DNA of 21,558 bases from an uncultured archaeon (lineage in GTDB: Archaea > Iainarchaeota > Iainarchaeia > Iainarchaeales > CSSED10-239). The notes beneath the pieces are model-generated. The model made no database searches. It saw only the letters and a list, made by a program, of their open reading frames with translations, and was not told the origin of the DNA. A program made the translations under genes and the position numbers. The stretch is taken from the NCBI GenBank assembly GCA_964496765.1, contig CAZCAP010000013.1:1-21558 (forward strand), read 5' to 3'. Numbering within the stretch: the stretch's first letter is position 1; every line of letters starts with the position of its first letter. This document shows positions 1 through 6,647 of this stretch, in pieces.

Positions 1-64
1 CGGCTAATCTGGCCTTCTAGGGTAGATGAATAAACCACTAACCAGTGAATAAATGAACCTAAAT

Positions 65-523
65 TCATTTTTCAAATCTATCCCAAGGAAAAGCAACCCA
101 AGTAGCTACTTTTTGATCATAATAATCAGGATAAAACAAACCATTTTTCTCATTTACAAAGATAGTTGCACACCTAACAGCTTTTGCAAAATATTCTTCT
201 TTAAATAATTTTAAAAGAAACTTAATTGTTGCTCCACTATCTAGGATATCATCAACAATTAGAACATTCTTATTTTTAAATAATTTTTTATCAGGAAGAT
301 TAACAACCTTTATTTCCTTTCTTGTTTTCCTATCATAGGAGCAAACCGAAATGCTTACAAGATTTTTAGTATCCAGAAGTCTTGCAAAATGTATTGCAGG
401 AAATAAACCACCAACAGAGACACCAACAATATAATCCACTTTGTATTTTGATTTGGTTATTTGTTTACAAATGCTTACGCACCTGTCTTCAATAGCTTTA
501 TATGTAAATGGTATTGGTTTCAT
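65..523 (-). CDS. gpt: Purine phosphoribosyltransferase, xanthine-guanine PRT (Gpt)-like
   Basis: 152-aa ORF with the PRPP-binding loop NVLIVDDILDSGATI. The segments CSYDRKTRKEIKV and TWVAFPWD parallel what I recall of E. coli Gpt (SSYDHDNQRELKV, TWIEQPWD), and the length class is the same. It starts 27 nt downstream of the upstream gene's stop, so the two are probably co-transcribed. Confidence 0.8.
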   Translation of the reverse strand: MKPIPFTYKAIEDRCVSICKQITKSKYKVDYIVGVSVGGLFPAIHFARLLDTKNLVSISVCSYDRKTRKEIKVVNLPDKKLFKNKNVLIVDDILDSGATIKFLLKLFKEEYFAKAVRCATIFVNEKNGLFYPDYYDQKVATWVAFPWDRFEK

Positions 524-549
524 ATATTATTCTTCCTTAAAGATTGTAT

Positions 550-1992
550 TTAGGAAAGTATACTCTCCACTTGTTTATAACTCACATTACTTGATGTGAG
601 GGTTGGTCTCAATAGCAATCTTAATGGATCCCTATTTGGATAGCGTATAACCGCATCATTATCGTCTACCATAGTGATTGTTACGTCAGTTAACTTACCA
701 TCAAAGAAATCATTCAAGTGTTTAGAAGACAAAAGGACACATATTCTTGGATTTGCACGTAGTCTATCAATAACATCTTTACCTATGAACAGATTATTAA
801 ATATGTCAGCAGACTCTGGAAGAACTACAAGAATATCCTCCCTAACTAATAATGATAAATTATTAATAACCTGGGAAACAAAATAGGGATAAATAGGATC
901 ATCAGAATCAACTGAAAGAAGCTTAACAGAACCTATGTGCTTATACCTCTGTTCAAATAAAACACTAAGATCGATTTCTCCAAACCTATTTGCATATTTC
1001 TTATCAAGCAAAATAAGCTTAGATACAAGTCTTTGTTTTTCAAAATCACTAAACTCTTCATCAATATCCTGTGCAATTATTTTCTTTCTTAAATCATTAA
1101 TAGTAATTAAATTTGAATTGTATACTTTCATTAATATTTTTTGCTCAAGAGGAGAGAGCTTGAATAAATTAATAAATGCGTTTAGAGGAATTGTTCCTAG
1201 TGGAATCTTAATTTCTGAAGTTTCAATAGGTTTAACAGGAAATCCAAAGGGATCCATTTTAAGTTTATAATCAGATAGTATCTTCAGATCCGATTGAGGG
1301 TATGCTAAAGTAACAAACGTTTTTGTGGAATCCAATATTATTACAGTCTTTGAAGACAAAAGATAGTTTTCACAAACAAGCTTAAGTGCATAGATTCTTT
1401 GATCAAAACTACCACCCAAAACAGTAACTGATTTTTGTAAATCTAGAGAGGTAGTTACTAAAACTTCGTTTTTAGTTCCCATTATTAGTTTATCAAGACC
1501 AGTTGTTTTTGAAAAATCCAAGGATGCAGGAAGATTAGACAAAACCTTAATTACTCCTGGATCTGAAAAAAAATAATTACGAGAATCTTCAGATGCTAAT
1601 TTTAGCGAAGTTAGTTTAATATTATAAGATTTAACAATTGATATTACTGAACTTACTCTTTTGTTTAATTCTTGCATTTTTTTATCCACATAAAAGGATA
1701 AAGTGCTTAATTCAATATACTCTGTTTCTGTGTTCAAAAAAAAGTATTTAAATGTATTATTTTCTCCAACACTAAAATGCTTTTCATAGAGTATGCTTGG
1801 ATAGGGTAGGGTTGAATTAAATATTTCAATATCTCCCTGTGCTTGAAATACCTTATAGACCTGAACAAGCACATTAGATTGATCTCTTAGCTTTAGATAT
1901 GAAACAAAAATATCATCCTGATATAATATAGAATATTCTGAATTACCATATTTACCCTCATATAATGTGTTCCATGTGTTTAATGAGATCAT
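550..1992 (-). CDS. Hypothetical protein with a HerA/VirB4/FtsK-like P-loop NTPase core pattern but a degenerate Walker A
   Basis: Long uninterrupted 480-aa ORF. LDLQKSVTVLGGSFDQRIYALKLVCENYLLSSKTVIILDSTKTF follows the strand / P-loop / helix / strand-acidic spacing of DUF87/HerA-type ATPases. The P-loop position reads GGSFDQRI, and no GxxxxGK[ST] occurs anywhere in the protein. DILVVLPESADIF sits where a hhhhDEAH-type segment would be. The confidence value refers to the family assignment; being a real CDS is more certain. Confidence 0.4.
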   Translation of the reverse strand: MISLNTWNTLYEGKYGNSEYSILYQDDIFVSYLKLRDQSNVLVQVYKVFQAQGDIEIFNSTLPYPSILYEKHFSVGENNTFKYFFLNTETEYIELSTLSFYVDKKMQELNKRVSSVISIVKSYNIKLTSLKLASEDSRNYFFSDPGVIKVLSNLPASLDFSKTTGLDKLIMGTKNEVLVTTSLDLQKSVTVLGGSFDQRIYALKLVCENYLLSSKTVIILDSTKTFVTLAYPQSDLKILSDYKLKMDPFGFPVKPIETSEIKIPLGTIPLNAFINLFKLSPLEQKILMKVYNSNLITINDLRKKIIAQDIDEEFSDFEKQRLVSKLILLDKKYANRFGEIDLSVLFEQRYKHIGSVKLLSVDSDDPIYPYFVSQVINNLSLLVREDILVVLPESADIFNNLFIGKDVIDRLRANPRICVLLSSKHLNDFFDGKLTDVTITMVDDNDAVIRYPNRDPLRLLLRPTLTSSNVSYKQVESILS

Positions 1993-2129
1993 ATTTCTTT
2001 CTCTGCGTCCTGTTCTTAATTCTAACTATAGATAGTATATAATATATTCCAATCTATATTTAAAACAAAACATTTTTAATAATTAACATATTATGTTTAT
2101 ATTGTATTTAGAGGACAGGATGATTAATA

Positions 2130-2750
2130 ATGGTTGATAAAAAAATAATTATTGAAACAATAACTGAGTTAATGGATGTAAATGTTGACAAGGAAACCAT
2201 TTTTTCAACATTAAGAGACATAGGTGTTGATGAAGGAGATATTGAATCAAATTACAATGAGATTTTGAATTCCAAGAAAAAAACATCCACACCCGAAGTT
2301 AAGATTGAAAAAGAGGAAAATACACAATCCACAGTTACTGAAAAAATAATTAACAATCCAAAAACAAACACACAATCCACAGTTACTGAAAAAATAATTG
2401 ATAACCCAAAAGCAAATAAGCCAAACTATGTAAACCTAGATGACATCTCAAACCCAGTTTCATCAAATAAACATGAAGAAGAACTCAAGGACACTACTTT
2501 AGAAGTTAATGATATTAATAATAAACACGAAGTGGATATCACAAAGGAAGAATTCACAAAATCAGAAACCCAGGCAGGTTCATCAGAGCCCATTTCCTCA
2601 TTTGATACTTCCGATGATACGAAAATAATTGAAAAACAAATAAGTGAGCTTGAAACAAAAATAGATGATATAAAAGCCGAGCTTACTGGACTCACAAAAA
2701 TAATGAAGGACATTCTAGAAGAAAATAGAAATATACTAAACAAACTTTAA
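2130..2750 (+). CDS. Acidic, low-complexity protein with an internal 16-aa tandem repeat and a C-terminal coiled coil
   Basis: 206-aa ORF. The N-terminal about 45 aa (ETITELMDVNVDKETIFSTLRDIGVDEGDIESNYNEIL) has a small helical-bundle, UBA-like pattern (weak). The middle is an E/T/N/K-rich disordered region containing NTQSTVTEKIINNPKT / NTQSTVTEKIIDNPKA. The C-terminal heptad-like segment is ISELETKIDDIKAELTGLTKIMKDILEENRNILNKL. A TATA-like run lies upstream (about 2055-2070). Confidence 0.6.
   Translation: MVDKKIIIETITELMDVNVDKETIFSTLRDIGVDEGDIESNYNEILNSKKKTSTPEVKIEKEENTQSTVTEKIINNPKTNTQSTVTEKIIDNPKANKPNYVNLDDISNPVSSNKHEEELKDTTLEVNDINNKHEVDITKEEFTKSETQAGSSEPISSFDTSDDTKIIEKQISELETKIDDIKAELTGLTKIMKDILEENRNILNKL
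2323..2418 (+). repeat. Two-copy 48-bp in-frame tandem direct repeat inside the 2130..2750 CDS
   Basis: Copy 1 is 2323-2370 and copy 2 is 2371-2418. The first 29 nt (cacaatccacagttactgaaaaaataatt) are identical, with 5 mismatches in the remaining 19 nt (43/48 by my hand alignment). Confidence 0.9.
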
Positions 2751-3217
2751 TCTAAAAGATATCCATGATTCTTTTTGCTTATACTTCTTATTAATGTAAA
2801 TATAATCGTTTTTCTTTTTGCTTTTGGAATTTCGCTATCAAATATTTCTGCAACCATTTTATTTACGCTCTCACTTGTAAAAATTGGATTTCCAGTTGCA
2901 ATAAGAATACACTTAACAACTTCTGGAGTATTTAATTCAGGAATTTTCTTGAAAACATATGCTGCCAATTTACCTGTTGAATACCTCATAGTATTATTTT
3001 GTTTTAACAAAAGTATTTGCTTAATATACCCTGAACCTTTAATAAATTCTGTTGGGTGAGCCTTCGCAATTACTGATTCTTTTAATTTATCAAAAATTCT
3101 TTTATTTTCAATTTTGATAATTCCCTCATGATGAATGATTTTTTCTTTCTTTTCCTTAAGTATAGCTATAAGCTTTTCCATTCTTGTTAGCTTTTTTGGT
3201 TTAACTATTTTACCCAT
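2747..3217 (-). CDS. Hypothetical soluble protein (156 aa), basic N-terminus
   Basis: ORF whose ATG (3215-3217) directly follows the stop of the upstream membrane-protein ORF (ATG-TAA-ATG junction). I recognise no family motif. Confidence 0.55.
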   Translation of the reverse strand: MGKIVKPKKLTRMEKLIAILKEKKEKIIHHEGIIKIENKRIFDKLKESVIAKAHPTEFIKGSGYIKQILLLKQNNTMRYSTGKLAAYVFKKIPELNTPEVVKCILIATGNPIFTSESVNKMVAEIFDSEIPKAKRKTIIFTLIRSISKKNHGYLLD

Positions 3218-3541
3218 TTACATTCCTCCTCCGCCACCAAATAATTTTGAAAAATCAGAAAAATCTGGTTCTGATTCATCTTTAGGTTTTTTCTTAATAA
3301 ATATATTTGAAACCAATAGAACAACAAGCAATATTACTGCAATTAAATATCCAGAGCCCGCAAGCGAACCCCCTGTCATTTCTATACTGAAAACAAAAAC
3401 TCCCACAAGGATAAGATTCCACCAGGATGGAGTCCATAAAAAATAAATTAAAAGAATAAAAGCAGCAATTATACTAAAATTATATTGTGCAGAAATAAAC
3501 AAAAGAATAACTATTATAATAAATGAAAATGAGTCAAACAC
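3218..3541 (-). CDS. Small polytopic membrane protein (107 aa) with an acidic tail ending in GGGGGM
   Basis: Three to four hydrophobic spans (FIIIVILLFISA, IIAAFILLIYFLW, LILVGVFVFSI, YLIAVILLVVLLV), then KKKPKDESEPDFSDFSKLFGGGGGM. Same strand as rpl15e and tightly spaced behind it. Confidence 0.55.
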   Translation of the reverse strand: MFDSFSFIIIVILLFISAQYNFSIIAAFILLIYFLWTPSWWNLILVGVFVFSIEMTGGSLAGSGYLIAVILLVVLLVSNIFIKKKPKDESEPDFSDFSKLFGGGGGM

Positions 3542-3558
3542 AATTCATCATTTCTCCT

Positions 3559-3822
3559 TTATATTTTAACATTATCCTTTAACCATTTCTTGAGATCGGA
3601 ACTATATATCCACCAAATTATAACAAAAATTGCAACAAGCCAAACAAGCTCCATAAATTTAATAAAAATCAAATAAACTAGAAGGATTGTAATTATTACT
3701 GCAAATGTTTTGTTTGCAACCTGGCCCTTTGACCAGGTGTAGATTGTTAAAGCAAAAACTATTAATAGAACAATCCAAATTGTTTGCTCAAATGTATTTG
3801 CAATTAAAAATCCTAAATCCAT
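3559..3822 (-). CDS. Small membrane protein (87 aa, about 3 TM)
   Basis: Hydrophobic spans IWIVLLIVFALTIY, FAVIITILLVYLIFI and LVWLVAIFVIIWWIY. It starts 24 nt downstream of the rpl15e stop on the same strand. Confidence 0.55.
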   Translation of the reverse strand: MDLGFLIANTFEQTIWIVLLIVFALTIYTWSKGQVANKTFAVIITILLVYLIFIKFMELVWLVAIFVIIWWIYSSDLKKWLKDNVKI

Positions 3823-3845
3823 CCTAGTTTAACCTCTTTTATTAT

Positions 3846-4454
3846 TTACTTTGCTTTTCTTAGATTAGCTCTGTTTGATGGTCCATTCTTTTCATGACCA
3901 GTTCCTTTCTTAATTAGGCCTCTATTTCTTCTTCCTGAAGAAGTTAGCCCTCTAAATGCTCTTCCTCTATGTTTTTCAGAAACTATCCAATTAATGTTTT
4001 TATCATTAATGATTGCTGGGTGATTAGGATCAACTAGTATAACTTCGAAATATTTTTGTTGTCCATCTTCTCCAACATAGTATGAGTTTAATACTTCAAG
4101 ACCTGGGAACTTTCTATCTGCTTTTTGTTCAGCCATTCTTTGGATTGATATTCTTCTAGTAAGTTTATTAACACCCATTCTTTTTGGATCTCTTCCAGCT
4201 GTTGGTCTTCTCATTATTCCTGAACCCTTTCTAACCTTAACGAAAACAATTACAAAACCTTGCTTTGCTTTGTAACCTAATTCTCTTGCTCTAATTGGGT
4301 TAGTTGGTCTTTCCATTCTAATAATTGAACCATCCATGTGTCTGAATTTAATAAGTTTTTCGAAATAAACTTTCTTATAATCATAGTTTGCATCTTTCTT
4401 CTTATGATATTCATTTTGGATTGTTTGCATAATATATCTTGTTGCTGTTGTCAT
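3846..4454 (-). CDS. rpl15e: Large-subunit ribosomal protein L15e (eL15)
   Basis: 202 aa. Characteristic eL15 segments: RMERPTNPIRARELGYKAKQGFVIVFVKVRKGSG, VNKLTRRISIQRMAEQKADRKFPGLEVLNSYYVGEDG, RGLTSSGRRNRGL. This family is found only in archaea and eukaryotes. Confidence 0.95.
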   Translation of the reverse strand: MTTATRYIMQTIQNEYHKKKDANYDYKKVYFEKLIKFRHMDGSIIRMERPTNPIRARELGYKAKQGFVIVFVKVRKGSGIMRRPTAGRDPKRMGVNKLTRRISIQRMAEQKADRKFPGLEVLNSYYVGEDGQQKYFEVILVDPNHPAIINDKNINWIVSEKHRGRAFRGLTSSGRRNRGLIKKGTGHEKNGPSNRANLRKAK

Positions 4455-4653
4455 ATAATCACACCATTTTTATTTATTATCTAATACACTTCTATATATA
4501 AGATATATAAAGAAACCAATTAAAAAACGTTATTTAATTAATTGTTTCATTATCATATATAATTAATAAAACAAAGGGTTTATATATAATTAGTTTAGAT
4601 AAGCAAGAATTGAGCTTATTTTCCAAAAATATAGGGATTTTGATTGATATTTC

Positions 4654-4836
4654 ATGAGAATTAAAAAAATCACAATAACGAAAGAGGATTTCAATAAAAC
4701 AATTAAAGAAATTCTAATTGGGCTAGACATAAGTCCAGAAATTGTTCTTGTTAAGATAAATGGAACATTCACTCCAATCTCTGAAGTAATCAAAAAGAAA
4801 ACAGAACTAGAAATACTACATATAATTAAGTTTTAA
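4654..4836 (+). CDS. ThiS/MoaD/TtuB-like beta-grasp mini-protein lacking the C-terminal Gly-Gly
   Basis: 60 aa. TIKEILIGLDISPEIVLVKINGTFTPISEVIKKKTELEILHIIKF follows the ThiS pattern (…L..L.l…vav.vNg.ivp……l.dgD.leI...v.GG) but ends in KF. Its TAA is immediately followed by the ATG of the ttuA-like gene. A competing antisense ORF (4590..4793) exists, so coding status is not certain. Confidence 0.5.
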   Translation: MRIKKITITKEDFNKTIKEILIGLDISPEIVLVKINGTFTPISEVIKKKTELEILHIIKF

Positions 4837-5808
4837 ATGAAAGGAATGAATATGGTTATTAAATGTAATAAGTGCAAGAACCTAGCTGTAATTTATCTTG
4901 CTTATGGTAAACATAATCTTTGTATTCATCACTTTAATGATTTTTTTGAAAAAAGATTTAGAAAAACAATTAGAATGTATAACCTGGTTAGAAGTACAGA
5001 CTATCTTGGAATTGCAACTTCTGGAGGAAAGGACTCAATGGTTCTTCTCTATCTTATGAATAAAATTTATAAAAAATCAAGAATAAAAATGTGTGCGTTG
5101 TTTGTTGATGAAGGAACTCCAGGATACTCAAATAAAACAAGAGAAGTTGTGGAAACCTTTTGTAAAAAAGAAAAAATAAAATTAGTTTCATCATCCCATA
5201 AAAAAGAGTTTGGAATATCAACAGGAGAAATTGCAGAAAAATACAATAAAAAGGAAGGAACTCTTTGCACCTATTGTGGAGTTTTAAGAAGAGATACATT
5301 AAATAGACTTGCAGAAAAAGAAAAGGTTACAAAGGTTGCAACAGGACACAATCTTGATGATGAGACACAAACAGTTCTAATGAATATGTTTACAAATGAT
5401 GCAATTAGACTATTCAGAACAGGACCACTTGCAGGAATTATTGATCTTGGAGAAGATATAAGACCAAGAATTAAACCATTATATCTAACTCCTGAAAAAG
5501 AAATTGCTGCCTATGCTCTATACAATAACATACCTTTTCATGATTGCAATTGTCCTTTCTTTTCTGAAGCTAAAAGAAATATATTCAGAACTTTTTTAAA
5601 TGAAACAGAAGTAAACTATCCAGGAAGTAAATTTTCATTAATAAGATCATTCTTAAAGATAAAAGATGTAATAAATATAGACAAGATAACCACAAACAAT
5701 CACAATAAAAGCAAACTTAGAAAATGTAAGATTTGTAATAATGTATCCAGTCAAGATATTTGTGCATCCTGTAGATTACTTAAAGAATTAAAGATTGATA
5801 AATTATGA
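4837..5808 (+). CDS. ttuA: tRNA 2-thiolation PP-loop ATPase, TtuA/NcsA family (Fe-S type)
   Basis: PP-loop GIATSGGKDSMVLL. N-terminal zinc finger CNKC…CIHH and C-terminal zinc finger CKIC…CASC. Three cluster cysteines in the TtuA positions (CTYC, and HDCNCPF). Alternative starts at M4 or M6 are possible. Confidence 0.88.
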   Translation: MKGMNMVIKCNKCKNLAVIYLAYGKHNLCIHHFNDFFEKRFRKTIRMYNLVRSTDYLGIATSGGKDSMVLLYLMNKIYKKSRIKMCALFVDEGTPGYSNKTREVVETFCKKEKIKLVSSSHKKEFGISTGEIAEKYNKKEGTLCTYCGVLRRDTLNRLAEKEKVTKVATGHNLDDETQTVLMNMFTNDAIRLFRTGPLAGIIDLGEDIRPRIKPLYLTPEKEIAAYALYNNIPFHDCNCPFFSEAKRNIFRTFLNETEVNYPGSKFSLIRSFLKIKDVINIDKITTNNHNKSKLRKCKICNNVSSQDICASCRLLKELKIDKL

Positions 5809-6497
5809 AATTATTTCACTCAAAGGAAGCAAGAAATAAATTAATTAAAGTAGTAATAATTATAATCATAATTCTTGCAATTACATTCTATTTAGGATCA
5901 AGTTTACTTTCTTATTTTAAAAATGGGGTAGAAGCAAAGGAAACCATCCAATCTTTTGGAGTATTTGCTCCACTTATTATGATTGGATTAATTGTAATAA
6001 TTGTATTGCTTGCATTTGTATCCCAAATACCAGTAATTGTGGCTAGTGGATTTGCATTTGGAGCGATACATGCGTTTTGCTACGCACTAATTGGATTTTT
6101 CATTGGTGGAACAATTGCCTTCTTTTTAGCAAGATTATTTGGAAGACCGTTTGTAATTAAAATAATTACAAAAAATGCAATAGAAAAATTAGACAACTAT
6201 TCAGGAACAAGATTAAATGTAATTTTATTTCTTTTCTTTCTAGTTCCATTATTTCCTGATGCAATGTGCTATGTTGCAGGCCTAACTAATATTAAATATA
6301 AAACATTTGTGTTACTATCCATAATAGGTAGAATTCCAACAATCATTTTGTTCATAGTAGCAGGAAATTCAATCGCAAGCACAAACTATACTCTTGGAAT
6401 TGTTTTATTAGGAGTCATAGTTATTTGTGCAACCATTATATTAATATTTAGAAAAAGAATAGAAACGCATGTTGTTAATAGATTTGAAAAAAAATAA
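5805..6497 (+). CDS. TVP38/TMEM64 (SNARE-associated, DedA-superfamily) membrane protein
   Basis: 230 aa, polytopic. Family-typical GFAFGAIHAFCYALIGFFIGGTIAFFLARLFGRPF and FPDAMCYVAGLTNIKYKTF. There is an ATGA start/stop overlap with the ttuA-like gene. Confidence 0.8.
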   Translation: MKLFHSKEARNKLIKVVIIIIIILAITFYLGSSLLSYFKNGVEAKETIQSFGVFAPLIMIGLIVIIVLLAFVSQIPVIVASGFAFGAIHAFCYALIGFFIGGTIAFFLARLFGRPFVIKIITKNAIEKLDNYSGTRLNVILFLFFLVPLFPDAMCYVAGLTNIKYKTFVLLSIIGRIPTIILFIVAGNSIASTNYTLGIVLLGVIVICATIILIFRKRIETHVVNRFEKK

Positions 6498-6540
6498 GCT
6501 TATAAAAATCTTTCTAATCTATTTCCATATATCATAATTT

Positions 6541-6613
6541 GGTCCTGTAGTCTAGTGGTCATGACGTCACATTGACATTGTGGAGATCCCCAGTTCGAAT
6601 CTGGGCAGGACCA
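6541..6613 (+). tRNA. tRNA-Val (anticodon GAC)
   Basis: Hand-folded cloverleaf. Acceptor GGTCCTG/CAGGACC is 7/7 paired. D-arm GTCT-AGTGGTCA-TGAC. Anticodon stem TCACA/TGTGG with loop TT-GAC-AT. 5-nt variable loop. T-arm CCCAG-TTCGAAT-CTGGG. Discriminator A, CCA not encoded, no intron. An AT-rich TATA-like cttataaaaa lies at 6499-6508. Confidence 0.9.
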
Positions 6614-6622
6614 TCACAATTA

Positions 6623-6627
6623 TTTTT
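6623..6627 (+). terminator. Oligo-T tract immediately downstream of tRNA-Val (candidate archaeal terminator)
   Basis: A T5 run begins 10 nt after the tRNA 3' end. Oligo-T is the usual archaeal termination signal, but T-runs are common in this AT-rich DNA. Confidence 0.3.
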
Positions 6628-6647
6628 AAAAAAAGGATTAAACAAAC

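Noticed and set aside
1-60. GC-richer window termini (1-45 and 21539-21558) that might be ends of RNA genes or of a coding gene. Frame 1 reads RLIWPSRVDE-stop, ending at 33.
   Set aside because: The fragments are too short. I could not fold either into a tRNA arm set, and nothing can be called from 10 codons.
674-1270. Plus-strand ORFs 674..886 and 935..1270 from the ORF track.
   Set aside because: They lie entirely antisense within the long 550..1992 ORF. They are low-complexity S/L/I-rich translations typical of shadow frames in AT-rich DNA, with no motifs.
2426-3446. ORFs 2426..2743(-), 2775..3059(+) and 3135..3446(+).
   Set aside because: They are antisense shadows of better-supported genes (2130..2750, 2747..3217, 3218..3541). 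Their F/S/I-rich composition mirrors the opposite strand's K/E/N codons.
4590-4793. 67-aa minus-strand ORF overlapping the ThiS-like ORF.
   Set aside because: It has no recognisable pattern. The plus-strand alternative has a ThiS-like profile and zero-spacer coupling to ttuA. I kept it as a caveat rather than a feature.
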